Positions 13,046 to 25,108 of a stretch of 64,000 bases of DNA are shown piece after piece (the first letter of the stretch is position 1; each line of letters opens with the position of its first letter). This stretch comes from Octopus sinensis (lineage: Eukaryota), in contig NC_042998.1 in NCBI RefSeq assembly GCF_006345805.1, forward strand, positions 12,090,001 through 12,154,000, given 5' to 3'. The translations under genes were made by a program, and so were the position numbers. The notes beneath the pieces are model-generated. The model was given only the letters and a program-made list of their open reading frames with translations, was not told the DNA's origin and made no database searches.

Positions 13046-13607
13046 TGGCTAACGATCTATACATACATACATACATACATACATACATACATACATACAT
13101 ACATACATACATACATGCATACATACATACATACATACACACATGCATACATATATATATGTATATGTATATATATATCTGTATATATGTATATACATAT
13201 AAATGCATATATATGTACATATATATATATATATATTTCCGACAACCCGATTGACGACACCCCACCCACAAAACCCCCCACCCCACCGTTCCTCATCACC
13301 CCCAATACCTTCTCTCCTAAGACTATATACATATTATATATATATATATAACTTATATATATGTATATATATATATATGTGTGTGTGTAGGTGTGTACGT
13401 GTATGTATGTATAGATACATATCTGCGTGAATGTGTACGTATGCATATTTTATAAACGAAATTTCTATCTTAATGAGTATGTGGTTGCATGTACTTTTGT
13501 AAAGTTATTTATATATTTTATATTTTATATATCTTACTTTTATTTTTTCCAAGCCTATTAGAGTCACTTCACTTCATTCAACGGTTTTTTATAGCGTTTC
13601 TTGTCTC

Positions 13608-13667
13608 AATAACTGATGAAAAATGCCCAGAAGCTCTCAGCTCCAGTTGTTGAAACTAAGTATTATT
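13608..13667 (+). ncRNA. Candidate minimal type I hammerhead ribozyme in a Penelope pLTR-like repeat
   Basis: aataa CTGATGA [a...t, stem II partly decayed] GAAA c taa GTA ttatt; 5-bp stem I. Downstream sequence to 13790 is homologous to the 31248-31672 family. Confidence 0.55.
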
Positions 13668-13804
13668 ATGGTAACTTTCTGATTGTCCTATATTATATAT
13701 ATATATATTATAATATATATATATATATATCAATTCCTCTATTTACATGATATCGAGGTCTCATTCATTCTTTTGTTGTCATATTATTATTATTATTATT
13801 ATCA

Positions 13805-13838
<34 letters not shown>

Positions 13839-13839
13839 T

Positions 13840-13904
<65 letters not shown>

Positions 13905-14832
13905 TATATATATACATATATAAATATATATATGTATATACGTATATATATATATATATGCATATGTACGTGTGTGCGTGTGTGTGTGTGGGGGGGTATA
14001 CACTCTCACCGAGACTACATGAAAGGGAGTGGAGAATTTCAAGGATGTCAAAGAATTTGAATTGCACCCACAAGCACACGCAGATACACATCTGCACACA
14101 CACACACTCACGGATACGCACACACGCACACCCACACACACATGCCTTCATTTTTAGCAATAATTATAGAAATTTATAGACGTGATAAATGGGTGTGACA
14201 TGTATATGTTATTCCTCCAAGGAAATACAATGTAATTAAGATGTAAACTCACTCGCAGTCTGTGCTCTGTCTAGAACATATTCACTATTATAAGTGTGTA
14301 TGTATGAGTGTATATGCATACACACACGCGCACACACACGAATATGCACACACACATATACATATCTATGATTTTCTGTCAATTCGTATATCAAAATGCA
14401 TACATCTTTGTATTAATATGCATGCACGTCACATAAATAACAATATGAAATATACAACTACTGTTATGAATTTTAGCGACTTAAAGAATTCGTATATTCC
14501 ATATAAAATCAAAGCGAAAGAAAATCTTAATATTCAACTGTTCCTAAACTCACAGGTTGATTTCTTTAACAAGATCATACGTATACATATTTCCACCAAT
14601 AAATAATATCCCACTAGTGTATATTACTGAATATATGAATTAGTAATTTGAAATTTTGTGTTTGTAGTTAAAGTAAAAAATATTGTAAAAATTCAAATAA
14701 TAACAAGTATTCTAAATATAGGCAAGTAGAAAGTGTTTATATTACAGTAATGAAATTGTGATTTATTTGTACAGGAACAACTTCCGAAATCGAGACAAAA
14801 TTACTTATATAAATATATATATATGTGTGTAA

Positions 14833-14930
14833 AGGCGCAGTGTCTCCTACTATAGCCTCTGGCCGACCAAAGCCTTGTGAGTGGACAAAAGCTTGGTAGA
14901 AATATGCTGAAAGAACCCTGTCGTGTATAT
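14833..14930 (+). mobile_element. SINE family A fragment
   Basis: gtgtctcctactatagcctctggccgaccaaagccttgtgagtgg. Confidence 0.7.
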
Positions 14931-14979
14931 ATATATATATATGCACGTCCCCTGACACATACACACATACATTCGCCGA

Positions 14980-15138
14980 GTTTCCTTCAGTTTCCGTCTG
15001 CCAACTCCCCTCAGAAGGCTTCTTTTGGTCGGCCTGAGACTATGGCAGAAGACACTTTACCGAGGTGCCAGGCAGTGGGACGGAACCTAGAGCCATGCGG
15101 TTGAAAACAAACTTGTTACCATATAGTCCGCTTGCGCC
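14980..15138 (-). mobile_element. SINE family A 5' half
   Basis: Inverse of the family A head and central segment. Confidence 0.75.
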
Positions 15139-15171
15139 TGTGTATATTTGTATATATATATATATACATGC

Positions 15172-15233
<62 letters not shown>

Positions 15234-17789
15234 CATATATATATATGTATGTGTGTGCGTGTGTATGTATTTATATGTATATGTGTATATGTATATATAT
15301 GATATATTCATAACTACATATATATATATATTTATATATACATATATTAGTTATACTTACACAATACAAATACATAAAACGCACTCATACACACACACAT
15401 TACAGTTCATTATATATACATATACTTGATATTTAGACGTACTTGAATATCATCGAATGCCTCGTGCATCTATGTTTATCACTAAAAGAAATGTGTATGA
15501 ATGCTCAAGCATAGATCTAACAACCTACCTGAATTACTTTCGCTGTATTTCTTATTCAGTTCTCTATTAAATGAAATATAGAACCGTTGAGATTGATGAT
15601 ATGAATACTCCAGAACATTTTTTTGGTTCTATATCTGTTCAAGATGCTCCAAAATAATTGTGCATTGCTCTTGCCGAATTTTGATTTTTGCTATTATATT
15701 CCATGGATGTATCACCAAACTTATTTTTTAACACATTCGTCAGAAGTTAAAGTTGTTTTGCAGTCAATGTATTCTTGATTCTGCTTTAAATTAAAGAAGA
15801 CAGAAGTCATGAAAAGATGTTTTAATGCTGAAGTAGAAGAAAGTTCTAGATGCTCATTTGAATTGATAATTCTATTTTCATTTCTACAAAATATATTCCT
15901 GTTTCATTTGGTGTATTCTTTCAATGAACATATATAAATATAAACGAAAGTTTAGCATTAAAGGTCAAAATACGCAGCGTCTTTCCAGCAATGTTGTCGG
16001 GAATCGATTTTGGACGAATAATAAATAATTCATAATTTGAGATTTTTACAATTCAAATTCCTACCAAATATTCGAATAGTTTCATCCGAAGACATGGGCA
16101 AACGTTTCTTTTGTCAGTAATTTGGGAAAACACATCATAAATATTTTAACCTTTCGTGAAGTTGAAGTAACATTATATTAATAATCAGTATAGTCCCTCA
16201 AATTTTTCTATCCACAGATGTAAATGTGTAACAATATAACGAAAGACTGACCTACAACCTTTCCATTTAGTTTTTTATCGAATTACCGATGATATTTTAC
16301 AAGTATCGTATTACATCAATAATGCCACTATTAGTCACTATCATATAGTGTATAAATACATTCATATTCAACAACTTATATTCCATTTGAACATAATGGC
16401 TGATATTGCGTATAAGTAATAAAACATAATTATAACTTACGAAGAAGCGTGTATAAAGAAAACAAAACAATCCATTAAATTAGTTTCTCGTTTCCGTTGA
16501 TTTTAGTTGTGTTTACTTATTTATATTCCATTATATTATGCAGCTCCTAGCAACATTTTACACCCCATCACGACTAGAAGTTAAGAAGCGGGTTGTGCAT
16601 TCGTATATTGCAATGATAAATGCCTTCGACATAATTGTAAAATCTTATCTCGTAACCAAAATTATTATTGTCAGTTTCGCTGCAAGTGTTCTAAAACGTA
16701 ATGTAATGACTGAAAAAAATATATATCACCTGTCATTAATCAAGAATTTAATGTTTTGTGAAGCCGGAATTGATAAGAGAAACAAAAGAAAAGCTAAACT
16801 AGTTTCTAAGCAACGGTTAAGAATTTATTATAATTGTTTCTCAATAAAAAAGATAATGGAACGTAATCAACTCTATATAATTAAGTTATAAAACAGGATA
16901 AAGTTAACATTTATTATACTGTACTATGACTTCGTTTCATTTTCAGAAGCACGTACACCACATCTTTTATAAGAGATTAAATAGCGTGGGTTCAGTTTAT
17001 ATATCCGTAAAGGTTTTCAAAGCTGACAGCATGCATGGCTATGTAGGTGAAATATTCGATTGCATGGCGCGGATCTTTAGCAAGGATATGAAGATCAACA
17101 GTACCCTTGGATCGACTTACATCTTCTGAGTGAAATTAAGTAAACGGAAACTGTATAGAAGTCAGTCGGAGGGGATTTCAACTTTAATTCAAATGTTCAG
17201 ACTTGTGAAATGAATAAATATCTGGAATTATTACAATATCAATGGAAGTGCAAAATTATTTTAATTCATATACAGAAACCATAAACTCATCATCACAATA
17301 TTTTTATTTCCAAATATATAACAATATTTGTATTTATTGTCCTTCATCATAAAACATTGCTTCTTTCATTTATTTCGGAGTCAAATTTCAGATATGCATG
17401 CGTGATGCAGTATTGAACGTACAAACAGAAACGGGTTTGAATATTTAAAAATCCATCTTCGTGATATGAAGACTAACAATTAGTACTCCAAACTTGAAAT
17501 TTTGTTAATGAAGTCTTACATTTGGAACTCTTTCTGTTTACAATGTGTGTTGTGTTATTCAAGATATATTCAATAACAGTTGATGTATAGATGTACAAAA
17601 TTACTAAGCAATTTATGACTTAAAACCACAGGTAAAGAACTGTTGCAGTGGCAATAGGGACCGCTGGCGGCCAGTCACTATCATAGTACAGGGTAGCAGT
17701 ATCAAAAATCCCTTGTTTGAAGATAGATTGGGGATTCTTCTGCTGACGTCCTTTACCAGGTTCTTGAAAACCATGGTTGGATGACATGA

Positions 17790-18510
17790 ATCTCTGTTAA
17801 TGGCCAAAAGCGGTTTTAAGGAAAGAATTAGTTATACGCCAAACTATAACCAACCCCTCCAAGAAAAATGAACCGGAAAGCGTTGACGTTCCCACCACCC
17901 TAAGTGGTGTTAAAGTGTTGAAACCAGAGTAGGTAAGATTTCCCTTAGCTAAGTAGACAAAAATGTCCATCGTACAAAAAGGTTCAGTAAAATGTTAAAT
18001 AGGCATATTCTGCAAGTTTTTTTACCTGCGCAATAAATGTAGAAAAGAGTTTTGTATGTAGCCCCATACCTGAGACAAAAGGTAGGACGCTCATGTAGGG
18101 ATAACATAGCATGTATACTGAGCAGCCTCTATAATACTAAACTGTCATATACGAGGCCGAGGTAACAACGATAGGACCAAATAAGCAACCAAACGTGCGA
18201 AAGTATGTGGGAGCAACTGAAGGCAACTTCAGAACTCGCTGTAAAAACCATAATTTTTCCTTCAACATCCTAGAGAGATGTAACGCCACAATCCTGGTCA
18301 AGCTCGTATGATCGTTGAAAGAAAGCGTCACCGAGTATAGCATAAAGTGGATGATTTTAGAGTAATGCAGAGCGTACGTCAATAGCGGGAGGAAGTGCAG
18401 ATCATGCTTGGCTAAGAAAAGAACGATATGAAAGCGCTAAAGCGCTCTCAGAATCCGGGCAACTACCTGAATAGCAGAAGTGAAATTCTTAATCGTTGCC
18501 CACATGATGG
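17790..18510 (+). mobile_element. Penelope-like element: RT C-terminus and GIY-YIG endonuclease, decayed
   Basis: LMAKSGFKERISYTP; VETRVGKISLS*VDKNVHRTKRFSKMLNRHILQVFY; VIYEAEV...KYVGATEGNFRTRCKNH...IKWMIL...CRSCL...YLNSRSEILNRCPH, all typical Penelope EN motifs, with stops. Confidence 0.88.
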
Positions 18511-18900
18511 AAGTACATCCTATCATACCTATGTGCGCATCGTGACTATGACCAGCAGTCCCCCAGCTTTGGCACTCCTACCACCAACACCTGAGCATCT
18601 GGCAAAACGTTTGACATACAAAAACGCGCCCACAAACAGATACATCCTAAAACAGCGGACATCTATCCATTAGCCCTTTTCCACCCCATACATATAGTAC
18701 CCCTACACTCATTCCATGCATACATAATTTCCTCAAAGTATTTAACAAAAGGTTTTAAGCAATATATAAAAGAACACAAAGGAACACAGTTATGTATACA
18801 GCATTTTCCCCTACCACGAAAATGGTGCACGTATAGTACCTCTTCACACATACCATTTCTACAAGCACACCAACACAATAGATATATAATACTATGCACT

Positions 18901-18933
<33 letters not shown>

Positions 18934-18937
18934 ATAT

Positions 18938-19140
18938 TAGGGAAAAATCCAAATTTACAGGGAAAAAATCAGATTTAGGATTAAATCCAATTTTATAGTA
19001 AAATATTATATAATATTAATTCGAGACAAAACCACTATTTTGCAAAAAAATTTCTTTATATTAAAACTTTTTATGTATTGATTAAGTCTTTCCTTGTTTG
19101 TTTTGCAAAATAGTGGTTTTGTCTCGAATTAATATTATAT
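18938..19140. repeat. Penelope pLTR-like repeat fragment with a perfect 40-bp inverted repeat
   Basis: Arms 19008-19047 and 19101-19140; 18938-19045 is homologous to 31472-31580. Confidence 0.75.
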
Positions 19141-19187
19141 ATATATATATATATACACATACATACATACTTATATATATATATATG

Positions 19188-19313
<126 letters not shown>

Positions 19314-20289
19314 CATAAACATATGCATGTATATCCATGAATATATTTATATTTATATTTATATCCCTGTACATATATACATATACTTACGTACAAACAT
19401 ACATATAAATATATGTGTATACACTCGCACACACACACAAACACATGCACACAGACACACACACATATATATATATCAGCATGTGTCCGCGTGTGCACGT
19501 GCTTAAGTGTCAGTGTCCTGTGTGCTTGCAATTGTATTTTACTACAGTAATTTCTTCCCGTTATTTGTGTTTCCGATATCTAAGTAGTATCTCACAAATA
19601 GATTCTATTTTCCAAAGACGTTTTCAGACTAGACACTATATATCTCTAGGATAAAAGAAAATCTAACACATCAAAAAAGACAAAATAACTGTTCAATGAA
19701 AATGACGATAAAGAGAAACTATTATAGAGACGCGATATTCATGAATGCTATATGGATTTAGTTGACTGATATCTGCTATACGTTCAACAACTACAATTTT
19801 TACGCCATTGTGGATAATGGAATTTTCATCAAGTTTTTCTAAGAAAAAACATTATTGAATAGAAATAAAGACTGGAAAGATATACTTTCAACAATACAAG
19901 AGAAATGGGTTTTTATATTTACATTTATGTTTCTGTATAAATTCATTTCGATGTTTGACGTTACGTCTCTACACAGGGGAATATGCTTGCTAGAATATGT
20001 CAGTGTTTACACGGTGCAAACATACATAAGTAGGATAATTTTACATGTGTGCCTCATTGTATTTGGACAATAACGACATGTATTACACTCTTGTATCTGA
20101 GTAGATTATGCATTAGAATTACAAGCCTCACTTGTCTGCATCTCAAATCAAACTGGCGTAAGATATTTGGTATTAGCATATAAATACATGTGATGAATAT
20201 TTTATACAATAGTGGTGTGTGTGCGTGTGTAATACACATATATATTATATTTATATATTATACAAACACAAACACACACACATATACAT

Positions 20290-20919
20290 GACTGTGTGTC
20301 ATTTTAAAATTATATACCTCGAGCAAGATCTAGAGCTGCTATCTCTACTAACAGTTCTCCTGTGTCGATGAAGAGAAATAAACTCAGAAACCATTGCTCT
20401 GTAGGTATCATTTAAGGCTGAGCGGGGACATTAGCTCCTTTGTTCAAGGTATAAGGACACAGTTTTGTGTCGATACCCAGCTGGAAAAGATGTTTTCCTG
20501 TGGCTAAAAAAGGTAATAACACCGTGCTAATCAGGACTCCCACATTCTGTTGGCAAATAAACTTTACTCTGTAGTACTGTTACTACTTATTTCACGCTCA
20601 GAAATTAAAAGCTAGTTGTTTTTCCGCCTTACGAGATCAGTGACTGTGTGTCACTTTAAAAATATATACCTCAAGCAATACCTAGTTGCTGCCATCTCGA
20701 GCCAGCGATAATCCTGTGTAGATGAAGTGAAATATCGCAGAAACCATTGGTCCGCACATACAGTTTGAGGCTGAGTGGAGACATTATATCCCTTGTTCGA
20801 AGTATAAAGACGTAGTTTTGCATCAATGGCCAGCCGGAAAAGATGTTTTCCTGGGGCTAAAAATATGTAGCAACACCGTCCTAATCGTGACTGCCACTTT
20901 ATGTTGGCAAATAGACGTT

Positions 20920-20920
<1 letters not shown>
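20290..20920 (+). repeat. Diverged tandem dimer, 352-bp period, each unit with a decayed hammerhead
   Basis: gactgtgtgtca starts at 20290 and 20642; colinear similarity through ccagc.ggaaaagatgttttcctg.ggctaaaaa; HHR relics at 20359-20405 and 20713-20758. Confidence 0.85.
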
Positions 20921-20991
<71 letters not shown>

Positions 20992-20994
<3 letters not shown>

Positions 20995-21506
20995 GGTGTC
21001 CCAAAAAAATGTAAATTTGGGGTTTATTATAATTCGAATAATTTTCAACATGTAAAAGAATTTACAAATATCATTCTATTGTCTTGTTATCGCATGTTCT
21101 CAAACTGATGTCCGTTCTGCTCCAGACACTGCTGACAACGCGAAGCGATGGAATGGCACACATCATGGAACAATTCCCTTGGGATATTCGTACATTCATG
21201 TTCAATGGTTGCCCTCAATTGAACGACTGTTGCAGGTTTCTGTGCGTAGACTTTGTCCTTTAGGTATCCCCATAAAAAGAAGTCTAGTGGTGTGAGGTCT
21301 GGTGAACGTGGAGGGTATTCGACAAAACCTCTTCGTCCAATCCACCTGTTTGGCAAGATCCCATCAAGAAAGGATCTAACATCGCGATGGTAGTGTGGAG
21401 GTGCCCCATCTTGCTGGAAATAAAACTCTTCCTGTTCAAAGTCCTCTCTAATACTTGGCATGACAGACTGTTGCAGTCTGTGTATACATTTTTTTGGGAC
21501 ACCCTG
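20992..21506 (-). mobile_element. Internally deleted DD41D (rosa/VS-type) Tc1/mariner element
   Basis: TIRs cagggtgtcccaaaaaaatgta, TA on both sides. ORF 21087-21461 has QQDGAPPH...YPPRSPDLTPLDFFLWGYLK with 41 residues between the D residues; N-terminal part deleted. Confidence 0.92.
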
Positions 21507-21944
21507 TATATATATATTACGTGTGTGTCTATTAGTATGGTAGACACTTTAGCAGCACTATACAATCATCTGACTAAATTGTAGCCATTAAGATACAACC
21601 AAGAAACTGTTTCCTTACATATAATATCTATCATTAACATTATGTCTAAGGAAACGCCTTTCCTTACATTACGATATTATATCTTTCCAGTTACGCCCAT
21701 AAACCATATACAATTTTACTTGAATATTTCTAACAATTTACATAAAAAATTAGTAACAGTCAACGTGTAGTATATTAAAGTACTGCGTTCTGAATAGCCT
21801 TCTTACCACACCCAGTTAGTTTTTCAATTAGCTCCATCATAATAGTTCTGTTATACAAGTATAAACTCACACGCAGTCGCACACATACATACTGTATACT
21901 TAGACATATATGTATTGGAAAATATATATCACGAATATCTTTTA

Positions 21945-22320
21945 TCTTTCATCTTTTACATGTTTCAGGCATTAGATTGCGCTCATGCTGGAGCACCGTC
22001 TTGAGGAATTTTAGTAAAACGAACTGTCTCAGAACTTAAAGTGCTAATTGTATCGGTTACTTTCTTCGAACCACGAAGTTACGGGGGGATAGATAAATAC
22101 ACTAACACTGATTGTCGTGCAGTGGGTGGAGATACATACAGACTGACACACACATACATGCGACGAGCGGTTTTCAATTTTCTTCTATCAAATCCACACA
22201 CAAGCCTATGGTCAGCCCGAGGCTATGATAGAAGACACTCACCCAATGTGCTCCGCAGTGGGGATGAATGCGGAACCATGCGGTTGAGAAGCAAACTTCT
22301 TACTACACAGTCACATTTCT
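21945..22320 (-). mobile_element. SINE family A, diverged
   Basis: Inverse head (gaaccatgcggtt...cttactacacagtcac) and tail (catgctggagcaccg). Confidence 0.75.
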
Positions 22321-22559
22321 CCACAAAAAATAGTCACTAAATTATGTTCATCATTTTTGACCAGCGCGACCTGAGAATATTTCACGGAATTAATGGTAAA
22401 CCTATTGGGTTATTTATGAAAAATATATCCAGGAAACCTGAAAGCGTAGCCTTGTTATATCTGCTACTCATTGAAAAGTGAAAGAAATAGGAATAAGCTG
22501 CCTTCCAAGTTTTATGATGTTATCAGCCTCATGTATGCAAACTTGATCAAGGAATGCAC

Positions 22560-23000
22560 CTCGACACTTGGTGCTTTAAAGATGCTACCGAAGAGATATG
22601 ATGCGACATTCAAAGTCATTTGGGATCGATGTTAAGCCTCTTCCGCCTTGTTTTCGTTTAAGGGAGAGCCGGTCTACATCACTATATATGTGGAAATTAT
22701 GTCTTCTTGTTAGTATTTCTCTGATTTCCACATCTATGGCTTGGATCTCATCAAACGTCCAGTCAAGCAGCCCAATTGTTGGTCTGAGTACTGGCACTGC
22801 AAACACATTGCGGGCCACTGCTTTATTGAATCCAGAGAGTTCTGAGGCCCAAATTTTCTTTATTCGGCTGTAATATTCTTTAGTGACACGTGTTTTGTTA
22901 CAGGTGCCACTGTAAGATATATTTTCATCCACCCCTAGATACCTGTAACATTCCTCGTCAGATACAGGGGAAACCGTCAAATCATTAATGGAGATGATAC
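22560..23000 (-). mobile_element. R4/Dong-like (restriction-like endonuclease clade) LINE RT C-terminal fragment
   Basis: ORF 22585-22980: YRYLGV..., KKIWASELSGFNK, FAVPVL, LDWT, SDVDRL, GGRGL; this motif series is typical of R4/Dong RTs (from recall). Confidence 0.8.
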
Positions 23001-23465
23001 TACTCTGGTTAATAGTTATATGTATGTATGTATGTATGTATGTATGAATGGATGAATGAATGTACGTACTGATATATATAAACCCGAATATAAAATAGCC
23101 ATAACGAAAAGGAGAACTGAATCATTTTGTGCAGAATTCACTTCAATTTTTACAGAGGATTAGTATTATATATTCACTTTAAAATTAGGGGTCACCAACG
23201 TCTTGTTTATGAGGCAATGTAGCGTTTTAATCGTTACCCCATTATATATTTTGATTATATGTTATTAGAGAAATTAGTGATAATTCAGTCGCGACAATGG
23301 GAATATTTAGAGTTGTTTCTCATTAGGTATTAAGCATTGGGTTTTGTCTGTCATGCAAACGGTGTATGTGATTCTTTTAAAAATGATCTAACGGTAATCA
23401 TAGGGGGAAATCTTAAGAAAAAAAGAAGTTAAATGTGGCTTTCTGTATTACAAGAGAAAATATAT

Positions 23466-23696
23466 ATTTCTTTACTACCCGCAAGGAGCTAAACACAGAG
23501 GGGACAAACAAGGACAGACAAACGGATTAAGTCGATTCTATCGACCCCAGTGCGTAACTGGTACTTAATTTATCGACCCCGAAAGGATGAAGGGCAAAGT
23601 CGTCCTCGGCGGAATTTGAACTGAGAACGTAACGGCAGACGAAATACGGCTTCGCATTTCACCCGGCGTGCTACCGTTTCTGCCAGCTCGCCGCCT
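23466..23696 (-). mobile_element. SINE family B, full-length
   Basis: Near-identical to 24879-25108 and 29036-29265. Confidence 0.9.
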
Positions 23697-24169
23697 TTAC
23701 AAGAGAAAATATAGGAAAATAATTAAACCTCCTTCAAATATATATAATTCGTATATGCAGTTAACATGAGTAGTTAAGAAATATCATTATGAAGGGTGAT
23801 CGATTTAGTTTTATTGTAGTCTGTAGACCGTGAATAATACACATTTTTTTTTTTAACAAACTGGATTAAGTCGTACTGTCCTTATTTCAGGCCTTATTGA
23901 TATTCCAGGATACAATGCGATGGATCACATTTGAATATTTAAAAAGCTATTAATCTCAAAGCATTATGAACGACAAACACAGGTACGAAGTTTGGAACGA
24001 TTCCAACTAAGCTTTTCAATAACTTGATACTAAAATTAAAAGAAATTTTCTCACTGTATTTAATCAGTGTCTAACAAGTAACAACATTATTGGACAAAAT
24101 ACGTAAATTCTTTGAAACAATGCACGGATATATAGATACATTTTGAGCGAATCTCGGTTCTGTATTCCA

Positions 24170-24420
24170 ATAAAGCCCGTAATAGCAGAGCAGCGCACAC
24201 AAATACAATGTTGCGCAAACATAGCTACGTCACTGAAAAAATTAAGTACAACATGCATATAGAGCCGAGTATGACAACTTGCAAAAGAAAGATGATATTA
24301 TTTAATCTGCCTTATCCAAAGGAATCTAGAACCTATTCAACAAAAATTGGGAAATATTCCTTCATTTTTTTTCTGTCGCAACCTGTGATCAAAATTTAAA
24401 ATAAATCAGCTACTACTATC
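24170..24420 (+). mobile_element. Decayed Penelope-like fragment
   Basis: KRKMILFNLPYPK...STKIGKYSF resembles the Penelope RKRNIIWFNPP...TNIGKxF motif also seen near 17900. Confidence 0.45.
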
Positions 24421-24448
24421 AATGAATTTTATTTCTATACTACCACCA

Positions 24449-24450
<2 letters not shown>

Positions 24451-24506
<56 letters not shown>

Positions 24507-24525
24507 TAATAATAATAATAATAAT
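24451..24525. repeat. (AAT)n microsatellite
   Basis: Direct reading. Confidence 0.95.
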
Positions 24526-24878
24526 TCTAAGTACCAAGATTAAGTTGTACTAGTATGCCTGAATGGATTTGCTATTCATATAATGTATGCTTAGTAAACA
24601 GTACTTGCCGAGAAAATTCTGTCCTCTATGCAACCAATGTCATACTTAATAATAACCAAAACGGAAGAGATTGCACGAGTATGAAATATTATAATGAAAT
24701 ATTAGTCAAAGTAAATATGCATGAATGTAGATTTACATGCAATTTTCTTCATACCCATTCACAGATTATACTGCTTTTTATTTGTCCTTAACTTTCCACA
24801 CTCATGCGTTTTCTTTGCAACACATAGGAACATGACGTCGAATTTACACTCATTCCCCAAACAGAAACCTCTAATATA

Positions 24879-25108
24879 TATTCTTTACTGCCCACAAGGG
24901 GCTAAACATAGAGGGGACAAACAAGGACAGACAAAGGGATTAAGTCGATTACATCGACCCCAGTGCGTAACTGGTACTTTATTTATCGACCCCGAAAAGA
25001 TGAAAGGCAAAGTCGACCTCGGCGGAATTTGAACTCAGAACGTAACTGCAGACGAAATACGGCTACGCATTTCGCCCGGCGTGCTAACGTTTCTGCCAGC
25101 TCACCGCC
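24879..25108 (-). mobile_element. SINE family B, full-length
   Basis: Inverse of ggcggtgagctggcagaaacgttagcacgccgggcgaaatgc...gccccttgtgggcagtaaagaa. Confidence 0.9.

Noticed and set aside
15430-17600. Two kb of non-repetitive-looking AT-rich DNA with short ORFs
   Set aside because: No frame stays open or gives a recognisable motif; may be old decayed repeats or intron.
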